From Podarcis gaigeae (Eukaryota), in assembly GCA_964106915.2 (NCBI GenBank), contig OZ066918.1: DNA of 64,000 nucleotides; one strand, written 5' to 3'. Below the pieces are notes generated by a model that saw only the letters and a list, made by a program, of their open reading frames with translations, was not told the DNA's origin and ran no database searches. The position numbers were made by a program, and so were the translations under genes. This document shows positions 39,001 to 50,916 of the stretch, one piece after another; position 1 is the stretch's first letter; every line of letters starts with the position of its first letter.

Positions 39001-40031
39001 CTGTGGATCTTGCCAGCTTAAAACCACAAAGGTTCAAGCCACAATAATGTGATTTCCACAGGACTGCAGATGTGGGAAAGAGGTCCATAGTCATTCAAGA
39101 TAGGAACTATGGGGAAACAGAATGAACTGTAAAAGTGCCACATTAAAAAAAAAAGGTCAGGGTTTCAAAAATCAATACATTTTGCCCCAGATACTGCATG
39201 TATCCTTGAACAAGGAGAAGCAAAGCTTCATGTGGAAATGAATGTAAAAGAAATTGCCCAAGCACTGCTTCCTGTCATTAATTTCACCAGGTCTTGTGAT
39301 GGAGCCCCATGCAAACTCTGTAGAAAAAAATAAAGCAGCAGTGATTGTACCCTTTTATGTCAGGAAACACTTTTTATGTGGTTTTACTGATGCTGCTGCT
39401 ATTGCAGTTTACAATTAATACATCTATTTACCTCAAGGGGAAGCTGTCTTTTTAGCAGTAAAATAATTCGCTGAAGTTAAAGCTAAAAGCAGTGTGCAAT
39501 TAAAACTCAAAATGAAGCCTACAAGTGTTCTCTGGGCTTTTGCTTTTTAGCAAAGATGAGAAAAATGTACAGAGTTGAAATAAAAAACTTCCTTGAGCCT
39601 ATAATGCTTGAGAATTTATGCAGCAAATTCAGCAGAATAGAAATCCTTAGAAAATAAATGTTGGCTGCAAAAATTCCACAAGCTGGGTTTTCTTTCTTCC
39701 TGCTTTAAGACTTCCACTTCACCCATTTGACTAATTTTTGAAATTTTTAAAGTAAATGTAATGTGTGTGTTCTTCTGGGCTTGTATGAAAATTGTTTGCA
39801 TTTGTTGTCTTCTAAAGTGGCAAAAAGAGAGAACTGTTTTAAAAGGCTGTACACATATTAGACCAAGCTGAAAACATAACTGGATGACCAGTTGTTCATT
39901 GTACTAATTGATTATTTAATGTAAATTCATTCATCTTGGTTGTTATTCTGAACTGCCTGAAAATGTGTCTATCATAACTTGAGTTATATTGTATGAATTA
40001 TTTATTTGTAATTGGACATTTACACTTCAAA

Positions 40032-40043
40032 AATAAAATTAAA
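40032..40043 (+). terminator. Candidate distal polyadenylation signal
   Basis: AATAAA 40032-40037 then ATTAAA 40038-40043; downstream TTTGCTTCCTGTTTTGTATTTTT. Confidence 0.5.
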
Positions 40044-40205
40044 ATTGAGTTTCACAAGTTAATTTGCTTCCTGTTTTGTATTTTTCTAGAGAGTCACCCT
40101 GATGGGCCTTTAACCCTATTCCTTGCTTCATAGAATTAATGACAGTGCAAGCTTATATATTATATGCCTGCTCCATGGGAATTACCCCCAAGTAAGTGCA
40201 TATAC

Positions 40206-40902
40206 CAGCCTTTCTCAACCTTGGGTCGCTAGATGTCAAGACCCCGAGGCCTCCCTTTATGTTGAATAATAACGCTTGGACATAGTATATTAGGGTAAAT
40301 GGGCAAATTTGGGCCACAACTTTATTGGTTACAGAATGTGAGCGGTATTGGATTAGGCATACCCTTTAACGAAATACCCTTTATGCCTTTAACGAAATAC
40401 CCTTAAAATGGAGGGGCAGGTGATGGCCACACCTCCCCTCTCCCGAACCAGGTTTTACCAATGCCTAACCGCCAAACCTTCCAAAAGTTGTGACGATTGC
40501 TACGAGGTAGGCGAAAGCCAAAGGGCCAGTGCCAATTTGCCAAGTGGAAAAATTCCTACCAGGCCCCTTCAACAGGAGACCAACTGAGGTCCATAGCAAG
40601 GCCAATATGTCGAACGCTTGAAGGGAGGGTGGGAGATCTGCGGAAGCCAGAATGAGAAGGGAGATCCCCTGGCCACGTGGCTGCTTAAAAGCACTAAGCC
40701 ACGCCCTCCGGCCAGGGTCTCCCTAGTGACACGAGGGCTTAGCAGGAGGCCACATGGCCTGTCCGCAACACCACCCCACCTGGAAGTGGAGCGGCCTTGT
40801 TGGACTACCATTCCCATCATCCCTGACTGCTGCCCCTGCTGGCTCTGGATGATGGGAGTTGTAGTCCAACAACATCTGAGGTCCCAAAGTTGAGAAAGCC
40901 TG
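40206..40902. mobile_element. Palindromic hAT-like MITE split by a 560-bp insertion
   Basis: Left part CAGCCTTTCTCAACCTTGGGTCGCTAGATGT and right part TGTTGGACTAC...GTTGAGAAAGCCTG reconstitute the family seen intact at 63707-63844. Confidence 0.8.
40237..40797 (-). mobile_element. Retroelement terminal-repeat fragment, possibly Ngaro/DIRS (tyrosine-recombinase) type
   Basis: GC/CpG-rich insert without TSD. Minus strand has a TATA-like TTTTAAG, GGTAGGAATTTTTCC...TTCGCCTACC and AATAAAGTTGTGGCC near its end. Confidence 0.5.
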
Positions 40903-41863
40903 GAATACTGTATATCATTGCAGCCAAACTCAGAATTGGGAATGCCTTCTTCAGTTGGAAGAGGAAGCAGTGATGCCTTTATGACGCGCTGGTGCTCCAT
41001 GCCCCCTGTTCCTGTGACCTAGTCTGTCTTATGTGAACAGCAGCATCAGCAGTGGAAGGGAGAAACTGAGGTGTGCCTTGCGGCATCCTTATCTTGTATT
41101 AGCAACCAAGGGCCAGAGAAAGTTCGCTTTCAAAAGCAGCCCACCGTTCCAAATTCCTGTGAGCAATTGTGCATTTTTTGCATTTTCTTAAATGGCGAAG
41201 CGCAGTATTAGGTGGAGTTGTGTTGTGCTGTAGTCTCGCAACTCCTTGGACAGTGTTTAGTCCCCTTTGGGTTTCTGGAAACATTTTGGCAAGAAATACA
41301 GAATGTGCATATTTCATGTGAAGAAGAAAAAATCTTGAGAATGTTACATAAATGCCAACACTGAAAATGCCAACATTGATGTAGACCAGATGGTCCAGCA
41401 GTTCTACTCTTTTATAGAGGGTTTGCTCCCATTGGAAATGGTGCTTATTTCCCGATTCTGATTCCACAGCACTTTCTGAGGTTTAGTATACACTGCCAGC
41501 AGAAGCTGGGGTGCTGTAATTGGACAGGAGTTGTCTGTTTAAAAGCCCTAGTGAACACACAGTGATTTGTACAAGCGGCTACATCGCTCCTAATATCATA
41601 TTGCTCATTGATGCTTGGCTGAACTAGAAACACTTTCCACTGAACTATAGTGCGTTTGAGGTAATACAAAGCTTTCTGCAGCATTTGATCTGTGTCTGTT
41701 CTTGCATGTCATTGCTTCTTGTAGCAGTTGCCAAATGATGCACATTAATTTTCTTATATTTCATAACATTTATATACTGCTTGATTGTAAAAAAAGAAAA
41801 GAAAAACCCCGTAGCAGTTTGTAGGTTTTACCTCTGTAGCCTCTCCCATAATAACGTGTAGTG

Positions 41864-42000
41864 CAGGTATAGGCAAACTTTGGCCCTTCAGATGTTTTGG
41901 GACTACAACTCCCATCATCCCTAGCTAACAGGACCAGTGGTCAGGGATGATGGGAGTTGTAGTCCCAAAACATCTGGAGGGCTGAGTTTGCCTATGCCTG
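41864..42000. mobile_element. Palindromic hAT MITE
   Basis: Near-perfect inverted halves; 8-bp TSD GTGTAGTG at 41856-41863 and 42001-42008. Confidence 0.92.
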
Positions 42001-44314
42001 GTGTAGTGGGAGAGATTAATGAGTAGGGTCCTACTTTGGAGTTCTTGAAGAAGCAGAAGCCCCCTGAACTTCAGCAATTGACCACAATTTTTCAATGAGA
42101 GAACCTAACTTGGGTTAGTTAAGGTTGTGCCTTCCATATGTTGTTGGTCTGCAAATCCTAGCAACGTGACTCAGCCTAGAGAATCATCTGGGATGATGAG
42201 ATTCTGGAGGGGCACCACATTGACTATCCCAATCTAACTTCTGGGACTGGTGATTGCAGAACTTGTACGTTGTGCCATTTTAATAGGATTCATTCCGTCA
42301 TAAACTGGCAAAGTTCCTCAAACGACCTTGACCCAATCTGACATTGTTACTCCCACGCTGTCAATACTTTGGGGATTTCATTGCTTTCATCTGTTTGGTT
42401 ATTTTCCCTCTCTCACTCTCCTTAAAGAAAAAAGAACCCCTCCCCCCCAAATATTCCAGCAGTTGTGAGCATAGCTTTCATACTTCCTCTGAAATAGCAT
42501 ACAAGTGACAGTGTTTGTTGTGGACAGTCGAAGCTGAACTTGCTGTGTGAGGCATGGGACTAGTGTTATTCTATCTGGACTGGTTACTGTTTTTGGACCC
42601 AAAAGTTCTGCGTTTCACCTTTGGAATCCTATACTACAGGGACCAGGATATCCAAAATACCTTGTCTCTTATGTGTGCCTATCACTTGGGTCCAACATCT
42701 GAGACCCTGCTCCATGTTCCTCTGCCACAGGAGTGGTGGGTGAGCACACATGAGGCAGGGTCTTTTCAGTCTTGGTACTGCAACGCTTGCTTGACCTTCC
42801 ACAGGGAAGGTCTGCCTGGCATAATCAGTGCTGCCTTTTTTTAGTGAATGGTGACTACTTGGCTGTTTAGGATGGTCTTGTGATAAAAATCAGACTGGTA
42901 TTCTGCTGCTGTTGAGGCAATATGATTGTCTTAAATGGCATTGAGAGTGGGTTGGGTTTTTTATGCACTTTCTTTTTCATTTATTTTTGGAAATGTTTTA
43001 ACAGTTTTATTTTTTCTTAGGAATGCTCTTGCATGACTGTTGTTAAATTACTTGGGCATCCATTGAGATCCCCTGAACTAAGAAATACTGTAAATATGTA
43101 ATCACTAGGGGCTACTACCACTGATCACTCTGCTCACCAACTCTCACCACCTCTTCTGCTACCTTTAACATCTGGAGGGCCACAGGTTCCCTACACCTGA
43201 GGTAGAGGTTGCCTTCACATGTAGCAACACCTGCTTAGGTCTGATACATCTATCTGTGAATCTTGCCATTGGATAAATATGTAGAAAAGTTGCAGCTCAT
43301 TTAAAAGAATGCAACATTCCTTCTGTACAGTTCTAATTTCTTCAGCTATCTGCTGAAGAAATTTCTTGTTCACTATTAGTTTAACATTTAATAGATTGGA
43401 TCATATCTGTGCTTTGCTCCCATTGAAATCAATGGGAAATCAAGTTAACCATCATCAATTTATTCCATTGATTTCAGGTAATGAAAGAATTCCCAACTTC
43501 GCCTGGGTTCAACACAAAGCAATATTAATTTTAAATGTAAGATTCTGCTACTCAGAAGGGTGTGCATTTTTCAATTTCACCAGAGATTGGAGTAAAAGCT
43601 GTCTGAAATTCTCATTAGATTTCTGAACAGTGGAAAGCTGTGCACTGTGGCTAAACTTTCCATTCACGATTCAAAAGACTCAGATGAACAGGTCAGCTTG
43701 GACTGAACATTTTAACTTTTCCAGGATTGGCCCTTGGACAAGAATTCTTCTTTATCCCAGCCACATATGCCGTGGAGGGTCACACGTTCGGAGGAAGACA
43801 TGACTGATATTCTTATGCACTGTTTTAGACTTGGATGCATTTACTGTTGAATTATGTTGTTTGATCCATAATTTTTGCAATTAATTTTGAGTGTTGCAAT
43901 GAAAGAAAGTAGATACAGAGTTGCCTGACACCAGACCATTTATTCTTGCACTCATCCAACTTTTCAAAAGCTCCAGAGAAAATTTCAGTGTGTGCTTTCC
44001 TCTGTGATCATCCAAGCAATAATGTGGACTGCTTATTGATGCTGTTATAATGTTTAAAATAATTTTTTCTAATCTCATTTGATCGTGTTTCTTTTTTCTT
44101 TTTTGCACCCTAAGAATATTGGCTGGGGGACTTCTGAATCTCCACATGGTTCTGACACTGTTGCAGAAGTATCTAGATGTCTCCCAGACCAACTCCTTTT
44201 TAAAGCAAACCATGATTCACTGGTTTCTAAGATGCTATTAATTGAACAATCACATTTCTAACACAACTCTGAGGGTTGGTTTGTTTATAAGAGTCATGCA
44301 AAGGAATCGTAATA

Positions 44315-44523
44315 CAGTGGTACTTTGGTTCTCGAACTTAATCCATTCCAGTAGTCCGTTCGACTCCCAAAACCATTCGAAAACCAAGGCGTGGCTTCAG
44401 TCGGAAGCTGCGGAAGACACATCGGGCATTTGTTTGCAAACCGGAACACTTTCTTCCGGGTTTGCGGCGTTCAGGAGCCTATTTATTTGACAACTAAGCT
44501 GTTTGGGAACCAAGGTACCACTG
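44315..44523. mobile_element. Tc1/mariner-like MITE
   Basis: TA|CAGTGGTACTTTGGTTC ... GAACCAAGGTACCACTG|TA. Confidence 0.88.
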
Positions 44524-47500
44524 TACATATTTACTCAGAAGTACGTCCCCCGAGTTCATTGAGTTCAGTTAACCAATCATGTGAATGGTGAAAACAGCAG
44601 GTTATTCTGTGGGAGGGTAATATAAACATTCTCACAGTAAATAGACGCACACAATTGTTGTTTAGATAACACCAATAAATGAATACTTGTGTATGGCTGT
44701 TTTTACAAGACCAATTTTATGGGGGGGGGGGGAGTGGGGAAGAATCCATGGGAGAGAGATCACCAAGTCAATAGTCCTGTTTGGCTTATGCAGGCAGCCC
44801 CTGGAAAGAAGGGTGGTATTTTTCCCTTTAAAAAAACCCAGAAGAACAACTCTGCTTGATCAGACCTGTGGCACATCTAGTACAGTATTCTGTTCTCATA
44901 GTGGCCAACCACTTATGGAAACCTGCAAGCAACAGTACTCTCCCCACTTATATTCAGAGGCACACTGCCTCTGAGCGTGAGCATAGCTACTGTGGCTAGT
45001 AGGCATAGCACACACATGCACGCACATGCAAACACACACACACACACACACAAGCACATAGCATTGGCACTTGCTTTTTCCATATATATATAAAAAAATT
45101 ATTCCCCCGTCTCTATTTATGTTTCATTGTGACTATATTGCCATGGCACATTCTGCACCAAAGGGTGATTTAAATAAAAAACTTCAATCAAAAATATTTA
45201 TATGCTGCTTTTCTAGTCAAAGCCTGTCCAAAATAGCTTACAACAATAAAAATTACAAGTAGTATATTGAATAATCAATATTACAAAAAATAACTAAAAA
45301 TAAAGCAGATCTAAACTCAACTTGTTAAAAGTCCTATGTTTGTGCGCATGCTTCAGAGGGTTTGCTGTTTGAAATTTGCTGCACTTAAGCAGAAATGAAA
45401 TAACAAAACCAATATGTTTTGGAACTGTCCTTCATACAAAGTTACATCTCACAGGCTCATATGCTTTCCAGATGAAGAATATGAACCCTGCCTGGTTCCA
45501 TCAGCTGGCTAGACCCAGCCTGGCTTCTCAAATGCATGAAGTTTGCCAAGAGAGTTTTCCATGATGATATCAGATGTCACTGCTGGAACTAGAACACTCT
45601 GTAGTTGTGAGCATCAATACTAGCTGTTTCTCCAAAACAAAGGCCAGCTGCCGCAGAAAAGACTCCTCTCAATAACTAGCTTGGTGTCGGGGAGATCAGA
45701 GAACAAAACTCTTGCTGTATTTAAAGCAAAATCAGATTTTCCAGGGAGAAAGAAGGGATGTTTTATTAGAGGAAGTGATCAATAAATAAATCATCATGTG
45801 CTTGGACTGACTGTTGATAAAGACTTCCCAGAGTAATAAACACAGTATCTCAGCACCTTAAGCACATCATTTGGGCTGGTTTCCTGTAATACCTTTTCAT
45901 GAGCATCTCAAACAGTAGATGCTTATATGTCTCAAGCCACAATCTGATTGTCATTGTGGCTACTTGAGCTTCCAGGGATGAAAGTGGTTCAAGGATAAGG
46001 ATGGGAAAATCTGTCTATTTTGGTTCCTTTCCATTTTTCATTTGTCCACTCCTCAGTTTTCCACATTTCCACATCAGTTCCCTCATGAAAATTCACCAGC
46101 ACCACACCCCAATCAACTAATATACACTTTTTTGGTATGCAATTTTACCTAATAAACCTATCTTTGTGAAGCAATTTTCTGCAGTAAAAAAGGTGTTTGT
46201 CATTTTCACGAATATTTGTATTTGTATTCACTCTTTAGTATGTGTATTTTTTAAAAAAAAATCATTTTGTTATATTGCAAAGTTTGGAGAAATGCAAATT
46301 TCGATGAATGGTTATGTTTCAGTCTGTGTATTGTTCTGGAAATTACAAATTAAGTAAGTTCACCTGTACTATTCAAGGAACACCCTAATCTGCATATTTA
46401 AGGAACTACATACAGCTGGTCCAAGGCAACCAGCATTGGAGAAATGGCAATCTCATTGCCATCGACATTATAGAAACATATGGCTTTGCTGTGTTATAAT
46501 TCAAATGAATTGCATTGTAATGTTTGTCTTCATTCTATGATGTGAGTTGGCTTGAGCAATCTCTTCTGGAATGAAAAGACAGTGTGGAAATTTTGATAGA
46601 CAATCGAGTCCCATGGCAGACTGTGTGGGGCATCCCTTGCTCTCATGTCAGGATCTCCATAAAAAAATACTGAAAGCAGCATTTCCAGGGAGGAAAATGA
46701 ATGATGCTGTGGAAAATAAGTGGGAGGAAGAATTATGCACTCACACAAAAAATTGTGTCCTTATACTTAATGCAGAAACTGACTCATACAGGCATGTTTT
46801 CCTTCAAGTGGATCTGTAGGTAGGCAGCAGAGTTCTTAAATGTTCCTGCCGATACATTTTCCTGAAACATCAGCGTAATATCATTGCTAGTGATGTAACA
46901 TCAGCACAGCAGCTGGTGCGTCAAATCGCAAGTGTTTCTTTGCTGGCACAATGCGTCTCAGAACAGGACTGTAAGAGAATCGGAAGTAGATCCAGCAGAC
47001 CTGCTGCTGTGAAACTTCGTGCGTATTCAACATTTACTTAGTTCAAAGTAATACGTGCATAAAAGCGGGAGGGAATAAAGTTACATATCAGGGAATAGGG
47101 TGCAGGGGTGAAAGGAAAGGTGCTAAAGAGGGATTGGCCATTCATTAAAAGTGTGATGGGGAGGGATTTTAAAGGACACTTTAGAAGTGTGGTATTCTTT
47201 GCCAACTTGCTTCCCAAACATGTTCGACAGTTATGGCTCCTCCACACAAACTATTCACGGAGCATTCGTCTTGACTAGCTTGCCCTATCTTTCTTTAGAG
47301 GCCACACGATGCCTAGTCTTTATTGAGCATTTGTTCTGATTTGTTTACAGGCTGGTTATAAAGCAATGAGCTGAGCATTCATTCTGCATTCATAATGGTT
47401 TGCTTGTGGGGTATTTATGCCACACTTTTCAGAATATGATCCCATATAGTGTCCCCTCCCTCAACTTACTATTTCATCCAGTTTAGCAAATAGAGTCACT

Positions 47501-48373
47501 TCAAGTGCTGATCATTTCTTTAAATATAAAAAGTCTGTTTGTTTTTACCAAGAGTTAAATATGCCTTCTCAACGTCTCCAGAAGTTTCGCTCTTAATGAC
47601 ATCTTCAACATCTTTGCCAGCCTGCTACAGTGCAATAATCAAACAAATCTTTTAAAAAGAGCTTTTGCTCATCACTTTCGTAACTGCAAAAAAGGCCTGC
47701 TTCTTTTTTAAAAAGCAGATTTGAAGTGCTAAGGTGACAGCACCTTAGTCTACTTTAATTGCTCAATTTATGGTATGAGCCTGAATCCTTCCTGCAAAAT
47801 ACTGACAATCTGGAGGCGCTCTTAGGAGTAACATGGTGGGATGGTATTTGCAGGAGGGTCTCGCCCTCCCAAAAAACCACCACCCCATTGTTGAGAATTC
47901 CACTCATAACCCATAACCCCCCCCCAAAAAAAACACCTCATGTGGAGAACCGTGAATTTAAGACTGGAAAATGGAGAAAGCAAAATTGACATATTTGTCC
48001 AACTCTACTTGAAACACTCTTATTTCTCTTGTCTCTGAAAAGAGCAGACATGCAGAGCCTCCTGGGATGTGTATCCTTTGAATAAAGTGCCACAAATGTT
48101 TCTTTTTGCTGGCAAGCACCCTGAGCCTTTTAAAGCACTTATATTTAAACACTAGCCTGCTAGCCCCAGTGAAGGGCATGCAGGCAAGTGAGTGGGCTGT
48201 CAAAAGGATGAATGAAGTGCTCCATCCTTCCTCCAGGCCCAACATAGAAACCAGGTGGGCTGCCAGAGGAGGAAAGACTTCTCCACATCCAACAGAGGTT
48301 TGGAGTGCACTGCTTCAGGAGAGATGGACTCTCGGTCCCTCTTCTGATAGCCACCCCCCACCCCCAGCAGGAT

Positions 48374-48375
<2 letters not shown>

Positions 48376-48419
<44 letters not shown>

Positions 48420-48910
48420 TATTTTTTTATTTATACCCCACCCTTCATGGTTCAAAAAGCAGGCTCAGGGCAGCTAACAACAAATTTAAAACACTTTAAA
48501 ACACTTAATTATAAAAGCAGCATAAAATATAGTATAAAAACATGAATAACAATAAAATTCAAAAATCAATTAGATAATCCCCAGGGCTAGCTGGTTGAAT
48601 TGGTCCTACTTGGAGCAGCGAGGAGGCCAGGGGAGAATTAGCTGTGGGGTCTCAGAGCAGGTAATCTTCATAAAAGGGGAGGGGGAAGGAAGAGAAGGGA
48701 AATAAAAGATCAGGCTGAATTCAAATTAAAGGCCAGGCAGAATAGCTCTGTCTTACAGACCCAACGGAAGGAGATTAAATCCTGAAGGGCCCTAGTCTCA
48801 TGGGACAGAGCATTCCACCAGGTCGGAGCCATCACTAAAAAGGCCCCGGCCCTGGTAGAGGATAGTCTGACTTCCTTAGGGCCCGGGACCTCTAAACTAT
48901 GGTTATTCAT
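48376..48910 (-). mobile_element. L2 LINE 3' fragment with (AAT)n tail
   Basis: Minus-strand ORF ...RLSSTRAGAFLVMAPTWWNALS...FRWVCKTELFCLAF is the L2 ORF2 C-terminal signature, followed by a 3'UTR and microsatellite tail. Confidence 0.85.
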
Positions 48911-49078
48911 AGATTTTTGCAGGCTTGTAACTTTTTTGGGGGTGGCTGGGGAGAAGACTAATTTACAAGGCTTCTTTAATGGCAGATGACAGCCAGATAT
49001 TCACCCGGGGTAGCTTCCCCATCACTGCATCTCATGGCCTCCCAGTAGAGTAGCAATAAAACAGCTAGCACATTTGCA

Positions 49079-49214
49079 AAGCTAAGCATGGTCTGGTCTG
49101 GTTTCAAATTGGACGGGGGACCGAGTGTTGAGATTCCTGCATTGCAGGGGGTTGGACTAGATGGCCCTGAGGGTGCCTACCAACTCTACAGTTCTATAAG
49201 TTTATGAATCTATG
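49079..49214 (+). mobile_element. SINE with 5S rRNA-derived internal promoter segment and CR1 tail
   Basis: AAGCTAAGCATGGTCTGGTCTGGTTTCAAATTGGACGGGGGACCG resembles 5S AAGCTAAGCAGGGTCGGGCCTGGTTAGTACTTGGATGGGAGACCG; CR1 3' end follows. Confidence 0.65.
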
Positions 49215-50145
49215 TCAGGAATAGCTTTGCCTGTCTAATTTCTGCCTTCCATGCAACTACTAAAAGCCTAGGAGCCCTAGCTTTTAAGACATTTTAGGTA
49301 GCAGTGTATTAGAAGGTTATCACATTGCAGCTTCTATCAAAAAGAGGATGAGATGAAAAGGCAAGCTATATAATCAAATCATCAGCCTGATGGAGTTTCC
49401 AAATGTGTGTAGCCTGTTGTACATAACGCAGCTACTGTTTCATTTCACAGGCCTGTCAGCTACATTGCGCTTCAGGCCGTGATGTTCAAGAAGCCATGCT
49501 CTGATAATCATTTCCCTATCATCAGAATTCTTTTAGTGCCAGCCTTTCCTGGAATAAGCAATTTGCGGCCCCTTATCATTGGTCTTTTCTTCTAAACCTG
49601 GAAGAGAAATGAAACGCACCTAAGAGGAACACGCCATCTCATTTATGTATAAGAAGGGAGGCAAATTATGGCAGTTCCGAAATCACTGTGCTATTGCAGT
49701 CTCTGCTGCAGCTGCTGATGAATTTCCATCACAAAGAAAACAGGGAAAACTCACTTATTTAACCCCTTCACATTCTACAGTTGTAGCTGCTGATAGATTG
49801 ACTAGAGCTTGACTGAGGAGAACATCTTTTATAGTTTGACACATTATATATGTGAATAATGAACTCAGATTCTGAGTTCTGACAGCTATGGGATTAAAAC
49901 AGGAGAGAGAAGTATTGGTATGCTCAGAGGAATCCCAACGTTTCCAGATAAAACCCCAGGGGGCAAAAACACTACAACAGCCCAAGACTGAGCATATACA
50001 GTAGCCACAGAATACCAACCTTAGCTACCTCAGTTCTTTTCTGCTGCACCTGGAGCACAGCAGCTTGTTGGTCAAGTTAGTTTACCTCATGAAGAGCAGT
50101 GACTTGCCACAGCTGTGCTTGGTTTCCAGAGAGGAAACCTATTTA

Positions 50146-50387
50146 CAGTGGTACCTCGGGTTACATACGCTTCAGGTTACATATGCTTCAGGTTACAGAC
50201 TCCGCTAACCCAGAAATAGTACCTCGGGTTAAGAACTTTGCTTCAGCATGAGAACAGAAATTATGCGGTGGCAGCACGGTGGAAGTGGGAGGCCCTATTA
50301 GCTTAGGTAGTGCCTCAGGTTAAGAAAAGTTTCAGGTTAAGAACGGACCTCCGGAACAAATTAAGTTCTTAACCCGAGGTACCACTG
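50146..50387 (+). mobile_element. Tc1/mariner(Tigger)-like MITE
   Basis: TA|CAGTGGTACCTCGGGTTA ... TAACCCGAGGTACCACTG|TA perfect TIRs. Confidence 0.92.
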
Positions 50388-50459
50388 TATTTGGCAGCCA
50401 CGGCTGCAAGTGGGTCACCGCTGCAAGACCAACCCCAAAAAGGAAGACACAAAAGGGAC

Positions 50460-50916
50460 CAGCGGCGTAGCGTGGGTTGTCAGCACCCGGGGCAAGGCAA
50501 GTAATTTGCGCCCCCTAACCCAGGGCAAGGCAAGTAATTTGTGCCCCCTAACCCGGGGCAAGGCAAGTAATTTGCGCCCGCTAACCCCTAACCTGCCGCC
50601 GCTGCCAGCTTCTTCTTGCTGCTGCCTGGTCTGGTCTGGTGTGGTTCTCTCCCGCGCTCAGTGCTGCGCTGGGCGGCCGCTGCACTGTCCCTCCCCCAGA
50701 TAGTCCCTCGCTCTCTCTCCGCACTGCACGCCTGGCACCCACCCCCTCCACAGTGTGCAGAGACCCAGCGGCTCGGATCGGATTCGCACAGCCAGCACTG
50801 CAGTGAGAGAGAGTGAGTGAGCCAGGTAGCGGAAGAGAGCTGCGAGTGCGAGTGCGCCCCCCAGATGTTGCGCCCGGTGCGGCCGCGCCCCCCTGCACCC
50901 CCACGCTACACCACTG
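50460..50916. mobile_element. GC-rich non-autonomous hAT transposon with three 33-bp subterminal tandem repeats
   Basis: TIRs CAGCGGCGTAGCGTGGG / CCCACGCTACACCACTG; 8-bp TSD AAAGGGAC at 50452-50459 and 50917-50924. Confidence 0.9.

Larger units (their letters stand above)
34911..40060 (+). other. ACSL3: Probable long 3'UTR of ACSL3 (end inferred)
   Basis: AU-rich stretch poor in young TEs; ends at an AATAAA/ATTAAA pair followed by a U/GU-rich tract. Confidence 0.45.

Noticed and set aside
50487-50586. CRISPR-like array of 33-bp repeats
   Set aside because: Head-to-tail repeats without spacers, inside a eukaryotic hAT element.
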